This document shows, one piece after another, positions 1 through 8,982 of a stretch of DNA of 64,000 nucleotides (within the stretch, counting starts at the first letter, position 1; every line of letters starts with the position of its first letter). Below the pieces are notes generated by a model, which had not been told where the DNA came from, ran no database searches, and saw only the letters and a program-made list of their open reading frames with translations. Origin of the DNA: Clostridiales bacterium (lineage in GTDB: Bacteria > Bacillota > Clostridia > Oscillospirales > Oscillospiraceae); NCBI GenBank assembly GCA_012719235.1, contig JAAYAR010000066.1, positions 1,400 to 65,399 of the forward strand, read 5' to 3'. The position numbers and the translations under genes were made by a program.

Positions 1-372
1 AATATTAATGATGACTTAAAAGAAATAATGGATTACGCGCACTGCTCGTCCTGATTTGTGATGGCGATCACTTTGCAGTTGCTCATATGGTTTCCTCCCT
101 TCATATAGATTTAGCCGCCTCCGATTGGAGACGGCTATGTAAAAGAACCTGTATTTGACTGGACAATGTATTGAACCTTCCACCTTCAATTAGCAGACTG
201 TTCTGAAGATCGGTTTTGGGCGCGATTAGCAGGAGGGGGTTTTTGATTAGCAAATTCGGAAAATCGTGCTAATCAAATTAGCAAAACGATCGGCCTTTTC
301 GCAAAGCAAAAAGTCGGACAACCTCTTAAATGCGGCAGCCAAAGCTTTTTTAGTAAAACTATAAGAGGATAG

Positions 373-409
373 AAAAAGTGCCGCAAATCATTGATTTTCG
401 GCACTTTTT
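373..409. terminator. Hairpin terminator next to the tRNA-Arg 3' end
   Basis: AAAAAGTGCCG, a 15-nt loop, then CGGCACTTTTT. The 11-bp arms are perfect and flanked by A/T runs on both sides. Confidence 0.6.
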
Positions 410-410
410 C

Positions 411-487
411 TGGCACGCCTGTCCGGATTCGAACCGGAGGCCTCGGGCTTAGGAGGCTCGCGCTCTATCCTGCTGAGCTACAGGCGC
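411..487 (-). tRNA. tRNA-Arg (anticodon CCU)
   Basis: The reverse complement reads GCGCCTGTAGCTCAGCAGGATAGAGCGCGAGCCTCCTAAGCCCGAGGCCTCCGGTTCGAATCCGGACAGGCGTGCCA. It has a 7-bp acceptor stem, a GCTC/GAGC D-arm, a CTCCTAA anticodon loop, a TCCGG-TTCGAAT-CCGGA T-arm and an encoded CCA. Confidence 0.9.
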
Positions 488-777
488 ATGTCGTGATTTT
501 TTCTTTTATTGAAGCAGGGAAAACCCTGTATTCAAGCGAGTTTCGGAGATTATCGGCGTATCATGCAATTCATATAGACAGCGCTCGACAGTCGTTTTTT
601 TCTGAGCGGCGCGACGAATTTCTGCGTCAAATAAGCACAATTCGCTGAGCTTGCTGAGAAAATTACCTTCCACGGAAATTAGCAGAGGATGTGTAGAGTT
701 TGCTATACTATAACACATGGCAGAATCTGTCTCTCGACCATTCACCGAAAACGATGAGGTGGAAGGTGGCTCGTGAC

Positions 778-817
778 CTTAGGAGGCGGATGCTCTATCC
801 TGCTGAGCTACGGGCGC
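778..817 (-). pseudogene. Truncated tRNA-Arg(CCU)-like copy (acceptor 5' strand, D-arm and anticodon loop only)
   Basis: The reverse complement GCGCCCGTAGCTCAGCAGGATAGAGCATCCGCCTCCTAAG is nearly identical to the 5' 40 nt of the tRNA at 411-487. There is no complementary anticodon-stem 3' strand, no GGTTCGAATCC T-arm and no acceptor 3' strand. Confidence 0.55.
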
Positions 818-867
818 ATATCTGATTTTCGGGGGCCGGAGCGGAATAAACGTTCCGCCGCCCGCTG

Positions 868-896
868 ATTTTACAGTACCGGAGGGTATTTGTCAA
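868..896 (-). promoter_or_regulatory. Sigma-70-type promoter reading toward the tRNA fragment and tRNA-Arg
   Basis: Minus strand: TTGACA (896-891), 17 nt, TAAAAT (873-868). Confidence 0.5.
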
Positions 897-962
897 GTGC
901 CCGGCTTTCGGGCCGATGACCGTTGCCGTGCCGCCCGGCACGGGGTTTATTTTCTAAAAGTC

Positions 963-991
963 TTGCATTAACAGCCGTCAAGTCATATAAT
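963..991 (+). promoter_or_regulatory. Sigma-70-type promoter for typA
   Basis: TTGCAT (963-968), 17 nt, TATAAT (986-991), about 80 nt upstream of the typA GTG start. Confidence 0.5.
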
Positions 992-1071
992 TTCGTGATG
1001 CCGTAAACCGGGGCGGCAGTCCGGCGGAAATCGATCGCATTCGATCCATCGAAACAGAGGAGAATTCTCGC

Positions 1072-2892
1072 GTGAAGAACGAAAAACTCAGAAATATAGC
1101 GATTATCGCGCACGTTGACCACGGCAAAACGACGCTTGTAGATCAGATGCTGCGCCAGAGCGGCGTATTCCGAGCCAATCAGGCCGTCGTGGAGCGCGTA
1201 ATGGACTCGGGGGAACTGGAGCGCGAGCGGGGTATAACGATCCTTGCCAAGAACACGTCGGTACGCTGGCATGACATAAAGATAAATATCATAGACACGC
1301 CGGGCCATGCCGATTTCGGCGGCGAGGTGGAGCGCATCCTGAAGATGGTAAACGGCGTTCTGCTCCTCGTGGACGCCGCCGAAGGGCCGATGCCTCAGAC
1401 CAGGTTTGTGCTTGAGAAGGCTCTGTCGCTCGGCCACAGAGTCATAGTAGTCGTCAACAAAGTCGACAGGCCGGACGCGCGCTCAAACGAAGTCGTAGAA
1501 GAGATACTTGAACTCCTTCTTGATCTGAACGCCACCGACGAGCAGCTTGACTCCCCTATGCTGTTCTGCTCGGCCCGGCGCGGCACGGCGTCCTATTCGC
1601 CCGAGAAGGAGGGGGAGGACCTCACTCCTTTGTTTGAAACCATCGTGGGATATATAAACGCGCCGGAAGCGCCCGTTGAGGAGCCGCTCCAGATGCTTGT
1701 ATCCGCGATAGATTACAATGATTATGTCGGCCGCATTGCAATAGGCCGCATTGAGCGCGGCACGATCAGGCAGGGACAGGAAGTGGTCGTTTGCGACTGG
1801 CGCGACCGGGAAGCGCAGCCCAGGCGGTTCAAGGTCGTGAGTCTCTATGAATTCGAAGGCCTTGAGCGCGTAACGGTACCCGAATCCTCCGCCGGCAGCA
1901 TCGCCGCACTTTCCGGCATTGAAGGCATAGAGATCGGTAATACGATATGCGCCGTGGACGCGCCCGAACCGCTACCTTTTATGCATATCTCCGAACCGAC
2001 GCTTGAGATGACGTTCTCGGTCAACGACAGTCCGTTTGCCGGGCAGGACGGAAAATATGTGACCAGCCGGAATCTTCGCGACAGGCTTATGCGTGAGCTG
2101 CTTAAGGACCTCGCTTTGCGGGTTACAGAGCTTGAGCAGACCGATTCGTATAACGTGGCGGGAAGGGGAGAGATGCACCTGGCCATCCTCATTGAGACGA
2201 TGCGCAGGGAGGGGTATGAGTTTCAGGTATCGACCCCGAGGGTGCTCTACAAGGATATTGACGGAAAGCGCTGCGAACCTGTGGAGAGAATGGTCGCGGA
2301 CGTGCCGGAGGGGTGCGTCGGAGCGGTCCTCGAGAAAATGGGCGCCCGCAGGGGGGAGCTCATTTCTATCAACAGCGCCGGGAGCCGTATGAGGCTCGAA
2401 TTCAGGATCCCGTCGCGGGGGCTGTTCGGTTACAGGAACGACTTCCTTACGGATACGCGCGGCAGAGGGGTCATGAGCTCGGTTTTTGACGGGTACTTCC
2501 CCGTGAGCGGTGAGATCGTCCGCCGCCAGTCGGGCTCACTGATCGCTTTTGAAACGGGCGAAGCCGTGACATACGGCCTGTATAACGCGCAGGAGAGGGG
2601 CCAGCTGTTTATCGGGCCGGGCACGCCGGTATACGCGGGCATGGTAGTGGGCGTGAGTTCGCGGGGAGAGGATATTACCGTGAACGTGTGCAAAAAGAAG
2701 CAGCTCACGAATATGCGCGCCTCCGGCAGCGACGAGGCTCTGCGCCTCATACCCCCGAGGATAATGAGCCTGGAGCAGTGCCTTGAGTTCCTGGCGGACG
2801 ACGAGCTGCTTGAGGTCACGCCCAAAAACCTGCGTATAAGAAAAAGGATCCTTGATCACGGGCGGCGCATGCGCGCAAAGGCAAACGCATAG
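1072..2892 (+). CDS. typA: Translational GTPase TypA/BipA
   Basis: 606 aa. The N-terminus is [17 protein letters not shown] (G1), followed by [14 protein letters not shown] (G3) and NKVDR (G4). GAGGAG RBS before a GTG start. Confidence 0.95.
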   Translation: MKNEKLRNIAIIAHVDHGKTTLVDQMLRQSGVFRANQAVVERVMDSGELERERGITILAKNTSVRWHDIKINIIDTPGHADFGGEVERILKMVNGVLLLVDAAEGPMPQTRFVLEKALSLGHRVIVVVNKVDRPDARSNEVVEEILELLLDLNATDEQLDSPMLFCSARRGTASYSPEKEGEDLTPLFETIVGYINAPEAPVEEPLQMLVSAIDYNDYVGRIAIGRIERGTIRQGQEVVVCDWRDREAQPRRFKVVSLYEFEGLERVTVPESSAGSIAALSGIEGIEIGNTICAVDAPEPLPFMHISEPTLEMTFSVNDSPFAGQDGKYVTSRNLRDRLMRELLKDLALRVTELEQTDSYNVAGRGEMHLAILIETMRREGYEFQVSTPRVLYKDIDGKRCEPVERMVADVPEGCVGAVLEKMGARRGELISINSAGSRMRLEFRIPSRGLFGYRNDFLTDTRGRGVMSSVFDGYFPVSGEIVRRQSGSLIAFETGEAVTYGLYNAQERGQLFIGPGTPVYAGMVVGVSSRGEDITVNVCKKKQLTNMRASGSDEALRLIPPRIMSLEQCLEFLADDELLEVTPKNLRIRKRILDHGRRMRAKANA

Positions 2893-2924
2893 CGCCCGGC
2901 GCGGCAGCTGTTTCGGAGAACATA

Positions 2925-2956
2925 CCGCCGCGGGCACCGGTACGGTGCCCGCGGCG
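2925..2956. terminator. Bidirectional hairpin between convergent typA and the anti-sigma gene
   Basis: CCGCCGCGGGCACCG-gta-CGGTGCCCGCGGCG. Confidence 0.6.
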
Positions 2957-2981
2957 TGATTGTCTGTTGTTATTCCGGCTT

Positions 2982-3827
2982 TTACTGTGCCGAGGTTATC
3001 AGCAGTATCCAGCCGTCGCTCGTTATCTCCGAGTAAAGCTCCAGGTTGTAATCGATTTTCAGATTATCCAGGCTGTCGATAAGCTCGTCATACAGGTCAC
3101 CCGAGATGATCAGGTAAAGGCTGTGCGACTCCTGCCAGGAATAATAAGTGTACTGGTCGAAAACGTCCGGAGGAGAGACTTCGGGATCGAGAACGATTAT
3201 CGCGGAACAGGTGTAGCCGTTGATCTCAACGGGCGAGCTGTCGTTTTTGCTCCCCGGGGCCGCGGCCTGACCGGGATCACGCGGGGATCCCTCACTGCCC
3301 GTTTCAATATTCTCGCCTGCCGTCAATGCGCTGCTGTCGTCCTGTTCACCTGAGAGAGCGCCCTCGACCGAGGATCCGCCGCCATCCATTTCAACCTGTG
3401 GGGCCTCCGGTGCGCTTTCGGCCTGCTTGATGCTGGAGTCCATGGCTGAAAACAACATATCGGGCGCTGCGGACGAATCGGCAGTACCTTTCTTGCGGTT
3501 CAGCAGCTGCGGGGCGGCGATAGCGGTGACTATCACAAAAACAATAACGGCTGCGAGCGCTCCGATCGTCTTCAGCGGACGAACAGCCAGGCGTTTTTTA
3601 TGCGCGGAGATCCTGTTCATGACAGAGGGCAGGAGCGCATCGGGAGGTTCGGTTTCACCGTCCGCTATTGCTTCGTTGATCGACTTATATGCCAAAGATG
3701 CGTTAAAACATCCGGGACAGTATCTCAGGTGCTCGGAAAGTTCGGCACGGCTCTCCTCGTCCAGTTCGCCGTCCATAAACGCGTTCATCATTTCAAGATA
3801 TTCTGTGCAGCCGATCATTCCGCTCAC
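2982..3827 (-). CDS. Anti-sigma factor (zf-HC2 type) with one TM helix and an extracytoplasmic domain
   Basis: The N-terminus is C-x-...-H-x3-C-x2-C (CTEYLEMMNAFMDGELDEESRAELSEHLRYCPGC). The TM segment is LKTIGALAAVIVFVIVTAIAA. The start overlaps the stop of the ECF sigma gene. Confidence 0.8.
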   Translation of the reverse strand: MSGMIGCTEYLEMMNAFMDGELDEESRAELSEHLRYCPGCFNASLAYKSINEAIADGETEPPDALLPSVMNRISAHKKRLAVRPLKTIGALAAVIVFVIVTAIAAPQLLNRKKGTADSSAAPDMLFSAMDSSIKQAESAPEAPQVEMDGGGSSVEGALSGEQDDSSALTAGENIETGSEGSPRDPGQAAAPGSKNDSSPVEINGYTCSAIIVLDPEVSPPDVFDQYTYYSWQESHSLYLIISGDLYDELIDSLDNLKIDYNLELYSEITSDGWILLITSAQ

Positions 3828-4438
3828 CTCCTTACACTCAGATTTGACGGTTCACCGGGGAAAAAGTTCCCGCTTTCAGTCAAAACTTTGCGAAGGTATT
3901 CCCTGGCGCGGAAAATGCGCGATTTTACGGTGCCCGGCTTAAGATTCAGTTCGCTGCCAATTTCATCATATGACAGTCCGCCTGTCTCGCGCATTACGAT
4001 GACGGTGCGATACTCCTCCGGCATCCCCGCGAGAGCTTCGTTCAGAGCGGCGGCGAGCTCTTCGCGCTCGTACGCGGTCTCGGGGGAATAGCGCATATCG
4101 GGGACATCAACAGTCATCTCTTTTCCGTCGTCGTCCTCCGTATACAGCGGTACGACGTTATTGCTGTGCTTTTTCTCTTTCCTTAAAAAATCTCCGCAGG
4201 TATGTACCGTGAGCCTGTATAGCCACGTACCGAAGCTGCTCTCGCCGCGAAAACCGCTGAGACCGAGGAAAGCGCGCAAAAACGCCTCCTGGGAAACGTC
4301 CATTGCGTCCTGGGGGTTCCCGACTATCCGCAAAGCCAGATTATATACTTTTTTCTGGTGTAGTCTGACAAGTTCCTCGAAAGCTGATTCGTCCCCGTGC
4401 TGGGCACGTTTTACCAGTTCTGCGCTCAATCCCCTCAC
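3824..4438 (-). CDS. ECF-family RNA polymerase sigma factor (sigma-70 regions 2 and 4)
   Basis: 204 aa. Region 2 is DAMDVSQEAFLRAF...FGTWLYRLTVH. Region 4 is LSYDEIGSELNLKPGTVKSRIFRAR. Confidence 0.9.
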   Translation of the reverse strand: MRGLSAELVKRAQHGDESAFEELVRLHQKKVYNLALRIVGNPQDAMDVSQEAFLRAFLGLSGFRGESSFGTWLYRLTVHTCGDFLRKEKKHSNNVVPLYTEDDDGKEMTVDVPDMRYSPETAYEREELAAALNEALAGMPEEYRTVIVMRETGGLSYDEIGSELNLKPGTVKSRIFRAREYLRKVLTESGNFFPGEPSNLSVRR

Positions 4439-5403
4439 CCCAGATCCCGTTTTATCAACTTGGTGATGCTGTAAATGTCATCAAGAGTCGTGAGCTTCGT
4501 AGTCTTTTCTTTGTAGTAACCCGAGTACGGGATTCCTTTCAGGTACCAGGCGTAGTGCTTGCGGGCTTCGAGTACGGCCGTGCGCTCGCCTTTGGCGGCC
4601 GCCGCCTCCTCGAACTGACGGACGGCTGTGTCGCAGCGCTCTTCTATCGTCGGCGCGGGAGGTACATCCTTTCCCAGCAGAGCACATAGACATTCCCTGA
4701 ATACCCACGGATAACCGAAGGAGCCTCTGCCTATCATAAGCATGTCCGCTCCCGTGACACTGAGCGCCCTGAGCGCGGTCGTGCTGTCGTAGATATCCCC
4801 GTTCGCGATCACGGGTATGCTCAGAGATCTCTTGACCTCCGCGATAATATCCCAGTCTGCCGCGGCGGAGTAAAACTGTCTGGCCGTGCGCCCGTGGACG
4901 CAAACGGCAGCGGCGCCGTTATCCTGAGCTGTTTTTGCCAGCTCAAGAACGTTGACGCTCCCCTTATCCCAGCCTTTTCGCAATTTGACCGTGACCGGCA
5001 CCGGTACGGCCCCGACGACGGCTCCGACGATGCGCGCCGCCAGTTCGGGCGTGCGCATGAGCGCGGCCCCGTCCCCGTTGGAAACGATTTTCGGTGTGGG
5101 ACAACCCATATTGATATCGATTATTTCGGCCCCGGTCAAATCGTACGCTTTTTTCGCAGCCTTAGCCATGATTTCGGGGTCATGTCCGAAGATCTGCACG
5201 GCAAAAGGATGATCGTCGCCGCTGCGTTTGAGGAGGTCCAGGGTACGGCTGTCCTGATAGCACAGAGCCTGCGAGCTGACCATTTCGGAATAGGTCAGAC
5301 CGGCGCCCTGCCGGCGGCAGGCCATGCGAAAAGCGATGTCGGAAACTCCCGCCATCGGGGCAAGGGCCAGCAGCGAATCGATTTTTATACTGCCGATGTG
5401 CAT
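4435..5403 (-). CDS. dusB: tRNA-dihydrouridine synthase (DusB-like)
   Basis: LAPMAGVSDIAFR, IDINMGCP and VTVKLRKGWD motifs. Start trimmed to the ATG at 5403, which follows GGAGGAGA. The longer frame reaching 5469 lacks an RBS. Confidence 0.9.
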   Translation of the reverse strand: MHIGSIKIDSLLALAPMAGVSDIAFRMACRRQGAGLTYSEMVSSQALCYQDSRTLDLLKRSGDDHPFAVQIFGHDPEIMAKAAKKAYDLTGAEIIDINMGCPTPKIVSNGDGAALMRTPELAARIVGAVVGAVPVPVTVKLRKGWDKGSVNVLELAKTAQDNGAAAVCVHGRTARQFYSAAADWDIIAEVKRSLSIPVIANGDIYDSTTALRALSVTGADMLMIGRGSFGYPWVFRECLCALLGKDVPPAPTIEERCDTAVRQFEEAAAAKGERTAVLEARKHYAWYLKGIPYSGYYKEKTTKLTTLDDIYSITKLIKRDLG

Positions 5404-5624
5404 GGTCTCCTCCTTGCCGCAAAGCGAAATGCGCCCATCAAGTATATCATAAGAGAATCGGCACTGCAAGGAGGGCTTCCGGGGCGGTCGGACCGCAAAT
5501 CGCGGTTTTAACCCGCCCTTTTGAATAATTTTACATTAATTTTATGCGGAATGCTATCTTTTTTGTACCGAAAGCACCCGCAATCGTCATAAATGATCCT
5601 GCAATGGACCGGAAAAAGACAATA

Positions 5625-5653
5625 TTGCTTTTTAATTACGGGCATCCTATAAT
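5625..5653 (+). promoter_or_regulatory. Sigma-70-type promoter for the bicupin-like gene
   Basis: TTGCTT, 17 nt, TATAAT (5648-5653). Confidence 0.45.
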
Positions 5654-5694
5654 AATATGAGAATCAAGCTACAGTTATGCAAAGGAGGAAGACA

Positions 5695-6726
5695 ATGGCA
5701 CAGAAATCCCGTATCCATCAACATCTGGTGAAACCGCTGATCTGGCGTGAGGCACCGGAAGGATTGTATCCATTCCCGCTCTTCTGGATGGAAGGCAAGA
5801 AGGACATGGAGGGCTTCGGCGGCTGCTTCTCGTTCACGTTTGTCAAGGAGCCGACCCAATTCATGCCGGTTGACGGCGGCCAGCTCGTGCATTCTTTCGA
5901 TACGGTTCTCGTGTTTGTTTCATTGAATACCGACGACATCCTGGACCTCGGCGCTCAGATCGAAGTCGACATCGGCGAAGAGAGGGAGACCTACAGCTTC
6001 GATAAATCACAGGCAGTGTGCATTCCGAAGGGCACCCCGTACGGCCCGGTAAGGGTCAAGAAAGTCGACCGCCCCTTCGCGCACTTTGTGATGTCGCTCG
6101 ATCCCGAGTATACCTTCATGCACATCCCCCCCGAGCAGCTGAAAGAGCCCGTCCCCGGCAGGAAGTACGAGGGCTTTGCCCGCATATTCGCCTGGGGAGT
6201 AGACCCGAAGACAGGCCGTCCCCTGCACAGCGGCGGCGCCGACAAGAGCCAGGACGGCAGCGGCATGGGCTACGTGAACTTTGTCGACGAACGCGGCGTC
6301 ATGCACCCGAGGAACCACGGTGAGCTGGGACCCGGCAACGCGGACAACATGGTCTGGCTGTACGGCGACGAGCTGCAGAACTTCAATCTGAACTTCCTGT
6401 TCGGGCACTACTCCAAGGAGGGCGTATGGCACCGCGGAGGCGAGAGCCACAGCCATCCTCAGGAGGAGATACTCATCCATACCGGTCTTGACCCCGATGA
6501 CCCGTTCAATATCGGCGCCTGCATAGAGATTGCCATGGGCGAAGAGGACGAGCGGTATGCCTGCACCGTGCCCACGGTCTATATCCAGCCCAAGGGCTTT
6601 TCGCACCTGCCGCAGATAACCCGCTGGGTAGACAAGCCGTATGCCTTCATGGTGATGAACCTCGACGGGACGCACGACTCGCCGTGGAAAGACCGCGACG
6701 GCTCAAAAACGCAGTACGAGGACTGA
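5695..6726 (+). CDS. Hypothetical protein with an internally duplicated cupin-like module
   Basis: AAAGGAGGAA RBS precedes the ATG at 5695. The two halves align by eye: DDILDLGAQIEVDIGEERETY...IPKGTPYGPVR..VDRPFAHFVMSLD against DDPFNIGACIEIAMGEEDERY...IQPKGFSHLPQ..VDKPYAFMVMNLD. Confidence 0.6.
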   Translation: MAQKSRIHQHLVKPLIWREAPEGLYPFPLFWMEGKKDMEGFGGCFSFTFVKEPTQFMPVDGGQLVHSFDTVLVFVSLNTDDILDLGAQIEVDIGEERETYSFDKSQAVCIPKGTPYGPVRVKKVDRPFAHFVMSLDPEYTFMHIPPEQLKEPVPGRKYEGFARIFAWGVDPKTGRPLHSGGADKSQDGSGMGYVNFVDERGVMHPRNHGELGPGNADNMVWLYGDELQNFNLNFLFGHYSKEGVWHRGGESHSHPQEEILIHTGLDPDDPFNIGACIEIAMGEEDERYACTVPTVYIQPKGFSHLPQITRWVDKPYAFMVMNLDGTHDSPWKDRDGSKTQYED

Positions 6727-6739
6727 CAGTGTGAACCCA

Positions 6740-6773
6740 CAAAGCCCGCGTCCGTTACGGAACGCGGGCTTTG
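6740..6773 (+). terminator. Intrinsic terminator after the bicupin-like gene
   Basis: CAAAGCCCGCGT-loop-ACGCGGGCTTTG. Confidence 0.6.
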
Positions 6774-6806
6774 CTCGTACACCGGGGTGAGCCGATCCCC
6801 CGATGA

Positions 6807-6835
6807 TTGACTAATCGCGCCGACTCATGTAAAAT
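6807..6835 (+). promoter_or_regulatory. Sigma-70-type promoter for the DtxR-family gene
   Basis: TTGACT, 17 nt, TAAAAT. Confidence 0.5.
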
Positions 6836-6863
6836 ATATAGAATATAATGACATTTCGGGCCG

Positions 6864-7265
6864 GTGAAGGAAGTGATCGTGTTGGATGAACTGTCGGTCC
6901 CGATGCAGGGGTATCTTGAAACCGTCTATGAATGCTCCGAGGGCGAGCTGGGCGCGCGTGTCAGTGACATTGCGGCGCGTCTCAACGTATCAAAGGCGAG
7001 CGTGAGCGACGCCATGACCGTCCTTGCCAGGCACGGTATGGTCGAGAGCAGCCCGTACAGCAGGATACATCTGACTGATCAGGGGCTCCGCCTAGCTGAA
7101 ATGATATCGCTGCGCCACAACGCGATTGAGAATCTGTTTACGAAAGTGCTCGGCGTCCGGCCGTCGGTGGCATATGCCGATGCGTGCGCGATAGAGCACA
7201 TTATCAGCCAGGAATCTGTTGAGAAGATCTCCAGCTATCTCAAACAGCTCGGGCTGGATAAATGA
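6864..7265 (+). CDS. DtxR/MntR-family metal-dependent transcriptional regulator
   Basis: YLETVYE...ARVSDIAARLNVSKASVSDAMTVLARHGMV is a winged HTH, followed by a dimerisation helix region. An in-frame GTG at 6879 is an alternative start. Confidence 0.85.
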   Translation: MKEVIVLDELSVPMQGYLETVYECSEGELGARVSDIAARLNVSKASVSDAMTVLARHGMVESSPYSRIHLTDQGLRLAEMISLRHNAIENLFTKVLGVRPSVAYADACAIEHIISQESVEKISSYLKQLGLDK

Positions 7266-7293
7266 CCGGCGGCTTCACCAAAAGGGAGCGAAC

Positions 7294-8982
7294 ATGGACA
7301 TATTTGCAGTTTTTCTCGCTGACGTATATTCGACTGTCGCCCGGTACGCGCTGCCCGTTCTTGCGGCCGCTATATTGCTGCGATGCTTTGCCTCATTGAT
7401 AAAGCCGCTTCGGGAGCCGGAGATATGGGCGTATCTTCTCCTGCCGGACGGACAGAGGATCCCGGTAAGACACTGGGAGAATACGATAGGAAGGGCCTCG
7501 AGCGCCGACCTGCGGGTCGATTATTCTTCTGTATCGCGCTCTCACGCCGTTCTGACCCGCTCCGAATCGGGCGGCTGGCTGCTCAGCGACACCAATTCGA
7601 AATCGGGAGTTTACGCTGGAGGCCGCAGGATCGATAAGACGGTGCCTCTGCGTTACGGCGACGTGTTCGCGCTCGCAGACGTGGAGATGCAGCTTATTCC
7701 GATATCGCAGGCCGAAAGGCTTGAGATGGCCTCAAGACCTCAGATCGTCTACGCGAACCCCGCCCTCAGCTTCTTTTTGCTCACCGTTTTTCAGATAATG
7801 ACGGCGGTACAGCTCCTTCTGGCGGCCGGTGAGGACAGGAGCGTGATGATCCTTCTCGTGTTCTGTATCCTCGCGGCCACGATGTGGGTCTATTATTTTC
7901 TGATCAGGTTGTTCGACCGCACCGGCTTCGAGGTTGAGATCATCGCGTTTTTTCTTGTGACCCTCGGGTTTGCGTGCACGGCCTCATCGTCGCCCTCTGC
8001 TCTGCTGAAGCAAATGGTCGCCGCGGTTATGGGTCTTGCGGTTTTCATTACTCTGGGCTGGTTCTTACGCAACCTCAACCGGGCCAGAAAGACGCGCTGG
8101 CTGATGTGCGTCATTGCTCTTGCGCTTTTTGCGGTGAATATTGCGCTCGGGTTTACGGAATACGGCTCCAAGAACTGGATAGATCTCGGTTTTATTACCG
8201 TGCAGCCGTCGGAATTTGTCAAGATCGCGTTTATTTTCTTCGGAGCGTCCACACTTGACAAGCTTGTGACTAAACGGAACCTGTTTACCTTTATTATTTT
8301 TACGGCCCTGTGCGTCGGAGCTCTGGCTGTTATAGGAGATTTCGGCACGGCGGCGATCTTCTTTGTGGCGTTCCTCGTGATAGCCTATATGCGCTCGGGC
8401 AGTTTCGCCACCATCGTCCTGATCTGCGCAGCGGCGGCTTTCGCGGTGGCGCTGCTTCTGCGCTTTAAGCCGTACATAGCCGTACGGTTTCAAACCTGGC
8501 GGCACATATGGGAGTACGCGGACACGTCGGGCTACCAGCAGACACGTACTCTGATGTATGCGGCCAGCGGCGGGTTTTTCGGCCTCGGCGCCGGCAGAGG
8601 GAGGCTTGCAAACGTCTTCGCGGCGGACACCGACCTCGTGTTCGGTATGCTCTGCGAGGAGTGGGGGCTGCTGATCGCGGTAATGGCGGTGGTGTCGATC
8701 GCGTGCCTTGCGATGTTCACGGCGCGATGCGCACAAAACGGCCGTTCGTCATTCTTTGTTATCGCGGCATGCGCTGCGATGAGCATGTTCTGCTTCCAGA
8801 CGATGCTCAACGTTTTCGGTTCGACAGATATATTGCCGATGACCGGCGTGACGTTTCCGTTCGTTTCAAACGGGGGTTCAAGTATGATAGCCAGCTGGGG
8901 GCTGTTGGCCTACGTCAAGGCCGCCGACACAAGGCCGTTCGCCAGCTTTGCGGCTAAACAGGGGGGCAGCGGGGATATATGA
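7294..8982 (+). CDS. FHA-domain / SEDS (FtsW-RodA-SpoVE family) fusion protein
   Basis: The N-terminus has a TM helix plus an FHA core (NTIGRASSADLRVDYSSVSRSHAVL...GVYAGGRRI...GDVFALADVEMQL). About 10 TM segments follow, with SEDS motifs (QPSEFVKIAFIFF, GDFGTAAIFF, TGVTFPFVSNGGSSM). Start set at the ATG at 7294, after AAAGGGAG. Confidence 0.85.
   Translation: MDIFAVFLADVYSTVARYALPVLAAAILLRCFASLIKPLREPEIWAYLLLPDGQRIPVRHWENTIGRASSADLRVDYSSVSRSHAVLTRSESGGWLLSDTNSKSGVYAGGRRIDKTVPLRYGDVFALADVEMQLIPISQAERLEMASRPQIVYANPALSFFLLTVFQIMTAVQLLLAAGEDRSVMILLVFCILAATMWVYYFLIRLFDRTGFEVEIIAFFLVTLGFACTASSSPSALLKQMVAAVMGLAVFITLGWFLRNLNRARKTRWLMCVIALALFAVNIALGFTEYGSKNWIDLGFITVQPSEFVKIAFIFFGASTLDKLVTKRNLFTFIIFTALCVGALAVIGDFGTAAIFFVAFLVIAYMRSGSFATIVLICAAAAFAVALLLRFKPYIAVRFQTWRHIWEYADTSGYQQTRTLMYAASGGFFGLGAGRGRLANVFAADTDLVFGMLCEEWGLLIAVMAVVSIACLAMFTARCAQNGRSSFFVIAACAAMSMFCFQTMLNVFGSTDILPMTGVTFPFVSNGGSSMIASWGLLAYVKAADTRPFASFAAKQGGSGDI

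Larger units (their letters stand above)
188..684. repeat. Dispersed ATTAGCA motif: six copies, including one perfect 17-bp palindrome TGCTAATcaaATTAGCA at 267-283
   Basis: ATTAGCA occurs at 189-195, 225-231, 246-252, 277-283 and 678-684, with an inverted copy TGCTAAT at 267-273. All copies are in non-coding DNA around the tRNA-Arg locus. Confidence 0.6.

Noticed and set aside
391-745. ORFs 391-648 (+) and 506-745 (-) across the tRNA-Arg gene and spacer.
   Set aside because: The first reads through the tRNA gene itself. Neither has an RBS or a recognisable domain.
871-1437. A 188-aa minus-strand ORF spanning the typA start and the tRNA promoter.
   Set aside because: It overlaps the well-supported typA N-terminus on the opposite strand and two promoter candidates. 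The composition is typical of an antisense frame.
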